Source: Caulobacter sp. (GTDB taxonomy: Bacteria > Pseudomonadota > Alphaproteobacteria > Caulobacterales > Caulobacteraceae). Taken from it: a stretch of DNA of 64,000 bases. Location: contig NZ_JBAPVS010000142.1 in assembly GCF_049283275.1 (NCBI RefSeq), positions 31,752 to 95,751 of the forward strand, given 5' to 3'. The notes beneath the pieces are model-generated. The model made no database searches. It was given only the letters and a program-made list of their open reading frames with translations, and was not told the DNA's origin. The position numbers and the translations under genes are program-made. Of the stretch, positions 50,883 to 60,989 are shown one piece after another (positions within the stretch are counted from its first letter, which is position 1; each line of letters begins with the position of its first letter).

Positions 50883-51779
50883 CTAAGTCGCCTCGCCCTC
50901 GGCTGGCACCACTTTCTTCGCCGTCATCGCGACCAGCGCCACGCCGGCCATGGTCGCCGTCGCGCCGATCACCAGCTGCGGCGACAGGGCGTCGCCCAGG
51001 AACAGCACGCCGATCGTGCACGACACCAAAGGCGTCAGCAGGAAATAGGGCGTCACCCGGCCGGCCTCGCGGCGCTGGACCAGCCAGAACAGCAGGGCGC
51101 TGGCCCCGATGGTCGAAACGACGCCGGCGAAGGCCACGCAGGCCCAGGCGATCGGCGCCGCCGTCTTCACCCGCTCCACGACGTTGTCCTCGAAGCCGAA
51201 CGACATCACCAACAGCACCGGCGCGGCGACGATCGCGGTCAGGGCCTGGACCTGAAGCGGCTTGGCGCCCGGTGTCTGGCGCACCAGCACCGTCGCCACC
51301 GCCCAGCAAGCACTGGCGACCACGCCCAGCATGATGGCCGGCAGGTCGGCGGCTCCGTGCGGATCCAAACTCATCCAGGCTACGCCGACGAAGGCCACCA
51401 CCAGGCCGGCGACGGCCAGGGGCTTCATGGTCTCGCCCAGCATTTTCCAGGCAAAAAGGGCGGTGAACGGAATCCACAGCTGGGTGGCCACCACCAGCGG
51501 GCTCAGCGACTTGGCCAGCCCGAAGGCGACATAGATAAGCCCGAAGTGGATCGGCCCCGACAGCAGGCAGATGGCCAGCAGCCGCCGCGACCACGGGAAC
51601 GGCGGTTTCAGGAACGGGATCAGGAACGCAAGGGCCAGGGCGAAACGTAGGGCGCCGACCATCATCGGCGGCAGCTCGGCCGTCGCCACCTTGGCCGCGG
51701 CGTTGTTAAGGCCCCAGGTCAGGATGATGGCCGCGATGGCCAGGCGCTCAAGCGCCGTCAGAGGCGTGTTTGACGACAT
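50883..51779 (-). CDS. DMT/EamA-family transporter
   Basis: Ten hydrophobic helices in two EamA repeats (WGLNNAAAK, LLGETM-type LGETMK, FLGDAL). Confidence 0.9.
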   Translation of the reverse strand: MSSNTPLTALERLAIAAIILTWGLNNAAAKVATAELPPMMVGALRFALALAFLIPFLKPPFPWSRRLLAICLLSGPIHFGLIYVAFGLAKSLSPLVVATQLWIPFTALFAWKMLGETMKPLAVAGLVVAFVGVAWMSLDPHGAADLPAIMLGVVASACWAVATVLVRQTPGAKPLQVQALTAIVAAPVLLVMSFGFEDNVVERVKTAAPIAWACVAFAGVVSTIGASALLFWLVQRREAGRVTPYFLLTPLVSCTIGVLFLGDALSPQLVIGATATMAGVALVAMTAKKVVPAEGEAT

Positions 51780-51792
51780 GGCCTCGCTTGGA

Positions 51793-53085
51793 TCAGACCC
51801 CGCCGCTTCCTTCAACCCCGCCCGCGCCCAGCACCTTGCGAATAGCGGCGGTGAGGATCGCCAGGTCGGCGTCCGGCGTCGTGAAGGCGGGCGTCAGGTA
51901 CACCGTCTTGCCCATCGGCCGGATCCAGGCTCCTTCGGCGGCGAAGGCGTCGCACAGGGCGCCGACAGCTACCGGCCGATCGAATTCGACAACGCCGATC
52001 GCGCCCAGCACCCGTACATCGACCACGCCCGGCGCGCTTCGCAGCGGCTCCAGCCCCTGGACCAGCGCTGCCGACACCCGCGCTACATTCGCCCGCCAGG
52101 CGCCGTCCTCGAACAGGTCCAGCGAAGCGTTGGCGGCGGCGCAGGCCAGGGCGTTGCCCATATAGGTGGGGCCATGCATCAGGGCCGCCCCGGCGTCGTC
52201 GGACAAGAAGGCCTCAAACACCTTGGTCGAAGCCACCGCCGCCGACAGCGGCAAGGTCCCCCCGGTCAGGGCCTTGGACAGGGTGACGATGTCGGGCTCG
52301 ATCCCGGCCGCCTGCATGGCGAACAACTCGCCGGTGCGACCAAAGCCCGTGAAGATTTCGTCGAAGATCAACAGCACACCGTGCTTGTCGGCCAGGCGGC
52401 GTAAGACGCGCAGCACGCCCGGCGCGTGGAACAGCATGCCGCCCGCGCCCTGGACCAGCGGTTCGGTCAGGATGGCGGCGATCTCTCCGCGCCGCTGGGC
52501 CAACAGGGCGTCGAGCGCGGCTTCAGAGGCCGCGTCCACCGGCAGGTCGGCGATCACCTGGCTTGGCATGACGCCCGAGAACAGGCTGTGCATGCCCTCC
52601 TCCGGATCGCAGACCGTCATGGTCGCCAGGGTGTCGCCGTGATAGCCGCCCCGGAACGACAGAAACTTCGTACGCCCCGTCACGCCCCGATTGATATGGT
52701 ACTGCAGCGCCATCTTCATAGCGATCTCGACCGACACAGAGCCGGATTCAGCGAAGAAGGCGTGGTTCAGGTCGCCGGGCAGCAGGTCGGCCAAGCGTTT
52801 GGCCAGGCGGTAGGCCGGCTCGTGGGCCAGGCCGCCGAACATCACGTGCGGCATTCGCTCCAGCTGATCGCGAACGGCGGCGGCGATGTGCGGGTGGTTG
52901 TAGCCGTGACAGGCGGTCCACCACGAGGCCAGGCCGTCGACCAGTTCACGCCCGTCGTCCAGAATCAGCCGCGAACCGCGCGTGGCGACGACCGGCAGAG
53001 GCGGCCGGGCGGTCTTCATCTGGCAGTACGGTCGCCACACATGAGGGGCGCCGGCCTGGAGCCAATCGGGGCTTTCAGCGGTCAT
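51793..53085 (-). CDS. bioA: adenosylmethionine-8-amino-7-oxononanoate aminotransferase
   Basis: HVWRPYCQM, DGLASWWTACHGY, SGSVSVEIAMKMA, YHGDT, DEIFTGFGRTG, PLP Lys in LSKALTGG, HGPTYMGN. Confidence 0.97.
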   Translation of the reverse strand: MTAESPDWLQAGAPHVWRPYCQMKTARPPLPVVATRGSRLILDDGRELVDGLASWWTACHGYNHPHIAAAVRDQLERMPHVMFGGLAHEPAYRLAKRLADLLPGDLNHAFFAESGSVSVEIAMKMALQYHINRGVTGRTKFLSFRGGYHGDTLATMTVCDPEEGMHSLFSGVMPSQVIADLPVDAASEAALDALLAQRRGEIAAILTEPLVQGAGGMLFHAPGVLRVLRRLADKHGVLLIFDEIFTGFGRTGELFAMQAAGIEPDIVTLSKALTGGTLPLSAAVASTKVFEAFLSDDAGAALMHGPTYMGNALACAAANASLDLFEDGAWRANVARVSAALVQGLEPLRSAPGVVDVRVLGAIGVVEFDRPVAVGALCDAFAAEGAWIRPMGKTVYLTPAFTTPDADLAILTAAIRKVLGAGGVEGSGGV

Positions 53086-53159
53086 AGGGCGATCCTTCGT
53101 TGCCTAGCGGGGGCGCACTGCCTATGCCCTCCCGCTGCGAGGGGCAAACAGGAACCGTG

Positions 53160-54314
53160 ATGCACAGTCTGGACACCTACGCCGCCGACAAGATCCAGCG
53201 CCTGGAGGCCGCCAGCCTGCTGCGTCGCCTCAAGCCCACCCAGCGCTCCGCCGGAGCCATCGTCGAGCGCGATGGCCGCAAACTGCTGTCCTTCTCCTGC
53301 AACGACTATCTGGGCCTGGCTCACCACCCGGCGGTCAAGGCCGCCGCCCAGGCCGCGATCGAGACCTACGGCGCCGGCTCCGGCGCCTCGCGGCTGGTGA
53401 CCGGCGACCACCCTCTCCTCTCCGAGTTGGAGGCCCGTCTGGCGCGGTTGAAGGGCACGGAGGCCTGCGTGGTGTTCGGCTCGGGCTACCTGGCCAATGC
53501 CGGCGTCATCCCCACCTTCGCCGGCAAGGGCGACATCGTGCTGGTCGACGAATTGGCCCACGCCTGCATCTGGGCCGGCGCCCAGCTGTCGGGCGCCCGG
53601 ATCATCCCGTTCGCCCATAACGACAGCGACCATCTGGCCGAGTTGCTGGCCGAGCACCGGTCCAGCGCCCGTCACGCCATCGTCGCCACCGACGGGGTGT
53701 TTTCGATGGACGGCGACATCGCGCCGCTGGACTGGCTGTCGGCGGTCTGCGAGGCCAATGACGCCTGGCTGCTGTCGGACGACGCACATGGCGTGGGCGT
53801 GCTGGCCGAGGGCCGTGGCTCGGCCGCCTTGTTCCCCGAGGCCCAGATCCCGTTCCAGATGGGCACCCTGTCCAAGGCCCTGGGGTCTTACGGCGGCTAT
53901 GTCTGCGGTTCGCAGGCCGTGGTCGACCTGATCAAGACCCGGGCCCGCACCTTGGTCTACACCACCGGCCTGCCGCCGGCCGCCGCCGCCGCCGCCCTGG
54001 CGGCGCTGGATATCATCCAGGCCGAGCCGGCCCTGACCGCCCTGCCCCTGGCCAAGGCCCAGGCCTTCACCAAGACCGTCGGCTTGCCACTGGCGACCAG
54101 CCCCATCGTGCCGGTGATCATCGGCGAGGCCCAGGACGCGCTGAACGCCTCACGGGCTTTGGAAGCCGACGGCTTCCTGGTCGTCGCCATCCGCCCGCCC
54201 ACCGTGCCGACCGGCGAGGCCCGCCTGCGCATCGCCTTCAGCGCCGAACATCCCGACGCCGAGGTCGCCCGCCTGGCGGCCCTGGTGAAACCCTACGTCA
54301 AGGCCGCGCCCTGA
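53160..54314 (+). CDS. bioF: 8-amino-7-oxononanoate synthase
   Basis: FSCNDYLGL, GSGASRLVTG, DGVFSMDGD, DDAHG, GTLSKALG, IRPPTVP. Confidence 0.96.
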   Translation: MHSLDTYAADKIQRLEAASLLRRLKPTQRSAGAIVERDGRKLLSFSCNDYLGLAHHPAVKAAAQAAIETYGAGSGASRLVTGDHPLLSELEARLARLKGTEACVVFGSGYLANAGVIPTFAGKGDIVLVDELAHACIWAGAQLSGARIIPFAHNDSDHLAELLAEHRSSARHAIVATDGVFSMDGDIAPLDWLSAVCEANDAWLLSDDAHGVGVLAEGRGSAALFPEAQIPFQMGTLSKALGSYGGYVCGSQAVVDLIKTRARTLVYTTGLPPAAAAAALAALDIIQAEPALTALPLAKAQAFTKTVGLPLATSPIVPVIIGEAQDALNASRALEADGFLVVAIRPPTVPTGEARLRIAFSAEHPDAEVARLAALVKPYVKAAP

Positions 54315-54988
54315 TGCCGACCCTATTCGTCACCGGAACCGGCACCGACATCGGCAAGACCTATGTCAGTTGCGCCCTGATCCGCGCCCTGAAGGCCCGG
54401 GGCGCGGTCGTCGACGCGTTCAAGCCCGTGGTCAGTGGCTTTGATCCCAAGGACGCGGCCGGCAGCGACCCGGCCCGGCTGGCCTCGGCCCTTGGCGATC
54501 CCGGCGCGCTATTCCGCATCGCCCCGCGCCGCTACCGCGCCCCGCTGTCGCCCAACATCGCCGCGCGGCTAGAGGGGCAGACCCTGGTCCTGGGCGACAT
54601 GGTCATCGACGCGGTGGCCCGCGCCGCCGAGATCCGCAACGGCCTGCTGCTGGTCGAGGGGGCCGGCGGGGTGATGTCCCCGCTGACCGACAGCGAGACC
54701 AATCTGGACATGATCACGGCTCTCGGCGCGCCGGTGCTTCTGGTGGCCGGTTCGCATCTCGGCACGATCAGCCACGTCCTGACCGCTCTGGTCGCCCTGC
54801 GCGCCGTCAAGACCGAGATCGCGGCGGTGGTGATGAGCGAAAGCCTCGACGCTCCCGACCTGGCCCAGACCGCCCAGGCCTTGGCGTCGTTCCTGGACGG
54901 AGCGCCATTGTTCCTCGCGCCGCGCGCGGAATCCTGGGACGCTGGAGCCCTTGCCGACCACCTGCTGACGAAGACCCGCGCGCCATGA
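54314..54988 (+). CDS. bioD: dethiobiotin synthase
   Basis: FVTGTGTDIGKT, FKPVVSG, LVEGAGG. Confidence 0.96.
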   Translation: MPTLFVTGTGTDIGKTYVSCALIRALKARGAVVDAFKPVVSGFDPKDAAGSDPARLASALGDPGALFRIAPRRYRAPLSPNIAARLEGQTLVLGDMVIDAVARAAEIRNGLLLVEGAGGVMSPLTDSETNLDMITALGAPVLLVAGSHLGTISHVLTALVALRAVKTEIAAVVMSESLDAPDLAQTAQALASFLDGAPLFLAPRAESWDAGALADHLLTKTRAP

Positions 54989-55878
54989 CCCTTCGTATCG
55001 CCATGATCGGCCTGGGCGACATCGCCCGGAAGGCCTACCTGCCCGTGCTGGGCCCGCGCGCGGACGTCCAGCTGACCTTCGTCACCCGCAACAGGCAAGC
55101 CTTAGAGACGCTAGGCGCGGCTTGGCGGGTCGAGCGACTGCACGCCGAGCTGGACACGGCCTTGGCCGAAGGGCTGGACGGGGCCTTCGTTCACGCCGCG
55201 ACCGAGGCGCACCCCGCTATTGTTCAACGCCTTCTGGAGGCCGGAGTGCCGGTCCTGGTCGACAAACCGATCGCCGATAACGCCGCCGACAGCGAAGCGT
55301 TGGTTGATCTGGCCGAGACGCGCGGCATATCCCTAATGGCTGGCTTCAACCGGCGTTACGCCCCGGCCTATCGCGACGCCGCCGCCCTGAACCTGCCGCT
55401 AGTAGTGTTGCAGAAGAACCGCCCAGGACCGCTGGACGACCTCCGCCGGGCGGTGTTCGACGATTATATCCACGTGGTCGACACGATCCGGTTCCTGGCT
55501 CCGGGCGCTGACCAAGTCGCCGTTCGTGGTCGCGCGCGCGATGGCCGGCTCGAACACGTGATGCTGTCGTTGTCGGGTGACGGCCGGGATGCCCTGGGGA
55601 TCATGAACAGGGCCAGCGGCGCCAGCGAGGAGATCCTGGAGGTCTCGGGCGAAGGCCAAAAACGCAAGGTCGTCGATATCGACCAGGTCCTCGACCAGGG
55701 CGCGGCCGAGGTCCTGACTCGACGCGGAAATTGGACCTCGGTCGGCCGTCAGCGCGGCTTCGAAGCGATGTGCGAGCACTTCCTGAGCGCCGTGCGCGAC
55801 GGCCGACGACTGTCGGCGCTGGACGCGCTGGCGACGCATCGACTGTGCGAGACGGTGGTGCGCGAGTTGAGCGCCTAG
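54985..55878 (+). CDS. Gfo/Idh/MocA-family oxidoreductase (MviM/YceM-like)
   Basis: IAMIGLGDIARKAYLP, VDKPIA, GFNRRYAP, DDYIHVVD. Confidence 0.9.
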   Translation: MTLRIAMIGLGDIARKAYLPVLGPRADVQLTFVTRNRQALETLGAAWRVERLHAELDTALAEGLDGAFVHAATEAHPAIVQRLLEAGVPVLVDKPIADNAADSEALVDLAETRGISLMAGFNRRYAPAYRDAAALNLPLVVLQKNRPGPLDDLRRAVFDDYIHVVDTIRFLAPGADQVAVRGRARDGRLEHVMLSLSGDGRDALGIMNRASGASEEILEVSGEGQKRKVVDIDQVLDQGAAEVLTRRGNWTSVGRQRGFEAMCEHFLSAVRDGRRLSALDALATHRLCETVVRELSA

Positions 55879-56687
55879 GCCGTCTTCCTCCACGCCGTGG
55901 GCGACAGCCCGAACGCGCCACGGAAGGTCGCGTTGAAGTGCGAGATGTCGTTAAAACCGATCTCCAGCGCGATGCGGGTAATCGGCTCGGCCGTGTCGGT
56001 CAACCGGTCGGCGGCGGCGCGCAGGCGGGCGCCGATCAGGTACTGGCGCGGGCTTTCGCCGGTCACGGCCCGGAACAGACGGATAAAGTGGAAGCGGCTG
56101 ACCTGGCCCATGGCGGCCAGGGCATCCAGCCCACAAGGCTCCGCATAGGCGACGTCCAGATGTCGAACCACCTCGCGGATGCGGCGGCGCTCGACCACCG
56201 TCGGCGCCACTCTCCGCAGGCGACGTCCCAGGGTCAGGGCGCGAGCCGTCAGGTTGATCACCTCCTCCTCGCCCAGGCGCAGCCCGCCCGCCGCGCGGCG
56301 CACGGCCCCATAAAGCGGCGCGGTCTCGCGCGAAGGACCTAGGGCCGAGACCGCGAAGCCGGGCTCGTCCAGGCCGCAGTCGTTGGCCACCTCGGCCAGC
56401 AGGTCCGGATGCAGGGCGATCACCGCCCGGCGATTGCCATGGGCATCCAGGTGGCGGCAGTCGAAGGCCTCGCCGGTGTTGCCCAACAGGATGGCGCCCG
56501 GCCTCGCCCGCGTGCGCCCATGGCGACCGCCATAGTCGAAGGTTCCCGCCACCACCGCGCCGATGGCAGGACCGGCGTAGCACTTCTCGATCGCGGCCGA
56601 GGCGTCGGTGGCGCAGCGCGCCTCGCCGGCCCCGTACAGCGGTGAACGGGCGGGCAAGGCGGGGCCGTGGGTCTCGACGCGGAACAT
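55875..56687 (-). CDS. AraC-family transcriptional regulator
   Basis: SRFHFIRLFRAVTGESPRQY and IGFNDISHFNATFRGAFGLSPTAWR double HTH. Confidence 0.93.
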   Translation of the reverse strand: MFRVETHGPALPARSPLYGAGEARCATDASAAIEKCYAGPAIGAVVAGTFDYGGRHGRTRARPGAILLGNTGEAFDCRHLDAHGNRRAVIALHPDLLAEVANDCGLDEPGFAVSALGPSRETAPLYGAVRRAAGGLRLGEEEVINLTARALTLGRRLRRVAPTVVERRRIREVVRHLDVAYAEPCGLDALAAMGQVSRFHFIRLFRAVTGESPRQYLIGARLRAAADRLTDTAEPITRIALEIGFNDISHFNATFRGAFGLSPTAWRKTA

Positions 56688-56804
56688 GCGAGCCTCCGTC
56701 TTATCAACACGCCCATAGAACCCGGCTCGGCGTCGCCGCGCAACAAACCCCAAGTCAGTCGACGGACGGTGAGCCAACCTGCCCTTCTGCGGATGGGAGG
56801 GTTC

Positions 56805-57572
56805 ATGAACCGCGACGGCGTTCCCTACGGCCTCGGCGCGACGGCGCTGGGGATCATCGGTCTGGTCTTCGGCGACTTCGCCCTGCAATGGCAACCGGTC
56901 CCCAAGGGCCTGCCTGAGCACCATGCGCTGGCCCTGGCCAGCGCCATGGTCATGGTGATGCTAGCCCTTGGCGTCCTGTGGTCGCGCACCGCCCGCCCCG
57001 CTTCGGCGAGCCTGGCCGTGGTCTATCTGGGCTGGGTCGCTCTGCATGGCCCCGAGACCGCCGAGGCGCCCGCCAGCGTCGCCTCATGGCTGGGCGTGGC
57101 CGAGACCCTGTCACTGGCGGCCGGCGGCCTGGCGCTGTTCGCAATGTCGACCGCCCCGCCCAGCGACCGCCTGCGGTTGGCGGCGCGGCTGGTCTATGGC
57201 CTCTGCCCGCTGGTGTTCGGCCTCAGCCACTTCGCCTATGCCGACTTCACCGCCAAGATGGTCCCCGGCTGGATCCCCTATCCGCTGTTCTGGGCCTATG
57301 CGACAGGCGTCGGCCATCTGGCGGCGGGACTGGCAATCCTGTTCGGCGTCTCGCCCCGGCTGGCGGCGACCCTGCTGACGGCGATGATGGGGTGCTTTGT
57401 GGTGATGCTGCACATCCCGCGCGTGATGGCCGCGCCCGGCAGCCATCTGGAATGGACGATGACGGCGGTCGCCCTGTCACTGACTGGCGCGGCTTGGGCT
57501 ATGCGGCAGTCCTTGCCATCTTCAGAACCGTCAGGCGCTTTGGCGTTCGACCGGGTCGGGCTCGACGGCTAG
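56805..57572 (+). CDS. DoxX-like multi-TM membrane protein
   Basis: GGGAGG RBS; FGLSHF...MVPGWIP...WAYATGVGHLAAG motif; about 7 TM helices. Confidence 0.7.
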   Translation: MNRDGVPYGLGATALGIIGLVFGDFALQWQPVPKGLPEHHALALASAMVMVMLALGVLWSRTARPASASLAVVYLGWVALHGPETAEAPASVASWLGVAETLSLAAGGLALFAMSTAPPSDRLRLAARLVYGLCPLVFGLSHFAYADFTAKMVPGWIPYPLFWAYATGVGHLAAGLAILFGVSPRLAATLLTAMMGCFVVMLHIPRVMAAPGSHLEWTMTAVALSLTGAAWAMRQSLPSSEPSGALAFDRVGLDG

Positions 57573-58607
57573 GACCGGCGCCGGTGCGCAGGCGCGCCGG
57601 AACAGCTTGCCCAGCGCCACGAACAGGCTCTTCTCCTCGACCTGATGATAGGGGGAGGTTTCCGCCAACTGCGCCGACAACCGCGCGTGGGCCTTGCCCA
57701 GATTATGGTACGGCAGGCGCGGCAGCAGGTGGTGCAGGGCGTGATAGCGCAGACCCACCGGGGCCCACAGGAACGGCAACAGAGCCGGCGGCGGGACATT
57801 GACCGAGTCGAGGAACTGCGCCTCGAAACTCATCTTCTCGCCGTCGTTCTCCCAGTAGTGGGCCGCCAGGGTGCGCAGTTGGTTGACGAAGGTCGCCAGC
57901 GAGAACAGGACGAACCACGTCACGACGAAGCGCACCGGCACGAGGCCGATGATCGTCGCCGCCGCCACGCTCCAGCACCACAACCAACACCCCAGCTCCT
58001 GGGCCAACCAGTCGGGGCGCGTCCTATCATTATCCTCGCGCACGAAGTCGGGATTGATCACCAAGGCCGACAGCTTGGCCCTGACCAGTCGCCGCACGCT
58101 GGGGATCACGAATGACAGCGGAACCAGAATGCCCGAGCGCAGGATCACGCCCAGCGGGGCCAGCAACGAGATCAGGGCGAACATCGCCAGCTTGAACGGC
58201 GAGTAGCGGCCCAACGGCAGATATTCCGGGTCACGCGCGGTGCCGAAGCGGTCCTTGGCGTGGTGCAGATTGTGTACGCCCTCGTACATCATCGACGGGG
58301 TCATCAGCGGCACGCCGATCAACAGGTTCCAACCCAGTCGGAAGCCCGGCACGTCCTTGGGGCGAAGGTGGCTGATCTCGTGGATAAAGCTGAGCCCCCT
58401 GTAGAGGGCCAGCAGGCCGACCAAGCCGCCGCCGGCGACCACGATCAGATTATGGGCGGTGGCGGCCAGCCACAGACCGCCCCAAGCCGACGTCGCTGTC
58501 AGCACCAGATCAACCCAATAGGTCATGCGATCAGGCGTCGTCAGATCAGCGGTCAGGCCGTGGGCCTGGCGCACCAGACCGGTCTCGTCTTTCTGGGATG
58601 ATCCCAC
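57531..58607 (-). CDS. membrane fatty acid desaturase family protein
   Basis: Three His boxes HEISH, HNLHH, HALHH; GTG start. Confidence 0.9.
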   Translation of the reverse strand: MGSSQKDETGLVRQAHGLTADLTTPDRMTYWVDLVLTATSAWGGLWLAATAHNLIVVAGGGLVGLLALYRGLSFIHEISHLRPKDVPGFRLGWNLLIGVPLMTPSMMYEGVHNLHHAKDRFGTARDPEYLPLGRYSPFKLAMFALISLLAPLGVILRSGILVPLSFVIPSVRRLVRAKLSALVINPDFVREDNDRTRPDWLAQELGCWLWCWSVAAATIIGLVPVRFVVTWFVLFSLATFVNQLRTLAAHYWENDGEKMSFEAQFLDSVNVPPPALLPFLWAPVGLRYHALHHLLPRLPYHNLGKAHARLSAQLAETSPYHQVEEKSLFVALGKLFRRACAPAPVLAVEPDPVERQSA

Positions 58608-58873
58608 GGTCTAAATCCCCGATTCCGCCTTGAGGGCCCCGACGTGGCGCCGCGGCTCTCGAAATTCAATGCCCGCACGACAGAAGACGCTCATGGACAT
58701 AGATCAAAACGACCGGTGTCGAAACGCTGACCGTTCTTGGCAGATCGTGCGGCGCTCGACTGAAACGGCTCCTACAGTCAAAGACCGTCTCGATGTCGCG
58801 CCGATGTCGACGATCGCGTCGAAATCGAAAAGGCTAACCGCCGCTTCGCACTATCGAGACCAACGACACAGAT

Positions 58874-58886
58874 ATTGTACAACAAT
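58874..58886. promoter_or_regulatory. putative GntR/FadR operator copy 1 (ATTGTACAACAAT)
   Basis: Imperfect palindrome about 117 nt upstream of gntR; matches the copies at 62525 and 62786. Confidence 0.6.
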
Positions 58887-59003
58887 CCTGACCCATAGCG
58901 CGACAAAATGCTTGCCGCGTTGTTCGGTGCGAAATAGGAATGAAGAGGTACGGAGTTGGTAAGCTCTCGGTGAAGCGCAACGAGTCCGTATGAGGATACG
59001 TCT

Positions 59004-59783
59004 TTGGCAGCCACAGTGAAGACATCGAGCAAGTCCAAGGGGAAGGAAGCGGCTGCAAGCGCCGCTCCGACCGCCGACGATCTGGCTCAGGCTTTGCGGG
59101 CCCGCATACAGAAAAGCGAGCTCGCGCCCGGCGAATGGCTTCGCGAAGTCAAGCTTTGCAGTGAGTTTGGCGTGGGACGCTCGATCGTGCGCCGGGCCCT
59201 GCGAACCCTCGCCGACGACGGCTTGATCGAGATCGAAGAAAACCGCGGCGCACGCGTATCCGCCACCACGGTCGAGGAGGTCTTCGATCTCTACGAGGTT
59301 CGCGCTGCGCTCTACGGCATGGCGGCGCGCTTTGCCTGCCTGCGGGGATCGGACTCCATGATCCGCAGCATGATGGCCAAGATCGATCGCTTGCTCAGCG
59401 ACGCCGAGAGCAAGGCGCCGGCCGAGCAGATCATCGAAGTCAGTGAATCGATCTTCAGCGACATGATCGCGTGCGCCAGCGCCGACGCCCAGCGCATGAT
59501 CGAGAGCGTGCGCCGCAAGACACGCTTCCACTTTTCCTATGCGGCCCTGGCGATCAACACCAATGCTCCGGGACCTTATGAGCATTGGCGGCACGTTCGC
59601 GCCGCATTGGCCGAACGCGACGCGGATAGGGCCAGCCAGTCGGCGCGCGACATCCTCTACTTCATGCAGGGCGAGGTCGCGCGCATCATGCTCGCCCGCG
59701 GCCCGCGGTTGATATCGGAGGCTGCAACCACGCCGAACGCGAAGCCGAAGCGCCGCTCGCCCCCAAAACGGAAACCAAGTTGA
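59004..59783 (+). CDS. GntR-family (FadR/FCD) transcriptional regulator
   Basis: GAGGA RBS with TTG start; wHTH (APGEWLRE...FGVGRSIVRRAL..L..DGLIEIEENRGARV) plus FCD-like domain. Confidence 0.92.
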   Translation: MAATVKTSSKSKGKEAAASAAPTADDLAQALRARIQKSELAPGEWLREVKLCSEFGVGRSIVRRALRTLADDGLIEIEENRGARVSATTVEEVFDLYEVRAALYGMAARFACLRGSDSMIRSMMAKIDRLLSDAESKAPAEQIIEVSESIFSDMIACASADAQRMIESVRRKTRFHFSYAALAINTNAPGPYEHWRHVRAALAERDADRASQSARDILYFMQGEVARIMLARGPRLISEAATTPNAKPKRRSPPKRKPS

Positions 59784-60829
59784 TGCAAGCTGCGCTAGTC
59801 CGCATGATCGCGGCGGCGGCGGTCGCCACCCTTGCCATCGCCCCTAGCGCCTCGGCGGGCCCGGCTCCTTCCGCGATCGGCAAGACCGCACCCTCGCCTG
59901 ACATGACGGACCTGCTCAACTACGTGCGCAATCACGGCGGCACCGGGTTCATTGTCATCCAGGACGGCAAGCTGCTCATCGACGAGACCTGGCCCGCGCC
60001 GGACGACGACCAGATGTTCGCCAACTTCGTCTACGGCCGCGCCGGCGATGGCGCGCTGTTCGAGGATGTCGCCTCGCAACAGAAGAGCTTCGTCGCGGTT
60101 CTGGCGGCGATCGCGATCGACAAGGGATTGATCGATCCCGAGAAGCCCGTTTCCACCTATCTCGGCCAGGGCTGGTCCAAGGCTTCGCCCGAACAGGAAG
60201 CGGCCATCCGGGTCATCGACATTTTGACAATGAGCTCTGGTCTCGACGAGAAGTTCGGCTATGTCGCGCCGCCGAGGACCGTCTTCTTCTACAACACGCC
60301 GGTCTATGCGATCAGCAAGCGCATCGTCTCGGCGGCCGCCGGCCAACCGCTGGACGCGATCACCCATGACTGGCTGACGGCGCCGACCGGGATGAAGGAC
60401 ACGGCCTGGCGCAAGCGCCCGGCCGTCCTGGCCTCGATCGGCAACGATACGGGCCTGGTCACGACGCCGCGCGACGTCGCGCGCTTCGGACTCATGGTGC
60501 TGCATGGCGGGGTGGCGCAAAACGGCGCGCGCGTGGTCTCACAGGCCCAACTCGACGCCCTGTTCACCCGATCCGCCACCAACCCAGCTTACGGCCGCCT
60601 TTGGTGGCTGAACGGCGGCAGCTACACGATACGGGCGGCGGCGGGACGCAGCGAGGGTCAGCTGATCCCGGCGGCTCCATCTGATCTTGTGGGCGCGCTC
60701 GGCGCGTTCGATCGCCGGCTCTATATCGTGCCCAGCCGCAAGTTGGTGGTCGTGCGCATGGGCGCGGCCACGAACGACCGAGAATTCGATCAGCAGCTGT
60801 GGCTGCGACTGATGAAGGTGATCGGCTGA
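59783..60829 (+). CDS. secreted serine hydrolase, beta-lactamase/PBP-like family
   Basis: TGATG overlap with gntR; signal peptide; SxxK (SQQK), FYNT, YGRLWW. Confidence 0.85.
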   Translation: MQAALVRMIAAAAVATLAIAPSASAGPAPSAIGKTAPSPDMTDLLNYVRNHGGTGFIVIQDGKLLIDETWPAPDDDQMFANFVYGRAGDGALFEDVASQQKSFVAVLAAIAIDKGLIDPEKPVSTYLGQGWSKASPEQEAAIRVIDILTMSSGLDEKFGYVAPPRTVFFYNTPVYAISKRIVSAAAGQPLDAITHDWLTAPTGMKDTAWRKRPAVLASIGNDTGLVTTPRDVARFGLMVLHGGVAQNGARVVSQAQLDALFTRSATNPAYGRLWWLNGGSYTIRAAAGRSEGQLIPAAPSDLVGALGAFDRRLYIVPSRKLVVVRMGAATNDREFDQQLWLRLMKVIG

Positions 60830-60989
60830 TCACGCCCGCGCGATCGACCACGACCAGCTTTGAACTGGAGAGACCGAGCGGCGATTTGGCTTCGCCTTGC
60901 GACGCTGAGCTCGGCGACGCCCGCCGGCGGAGTTTGCCTATCCGTTTCTGACGGCTCCCATCAGAAACGGATAGGTTCCAGGGTCGGCC

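Noticed and set aside
58630..58962. 110-aa ORF in the desaturase-gntR gap
   Set aside because: No RBS or recognisable motif; overlaps the putative operator and promoter region.
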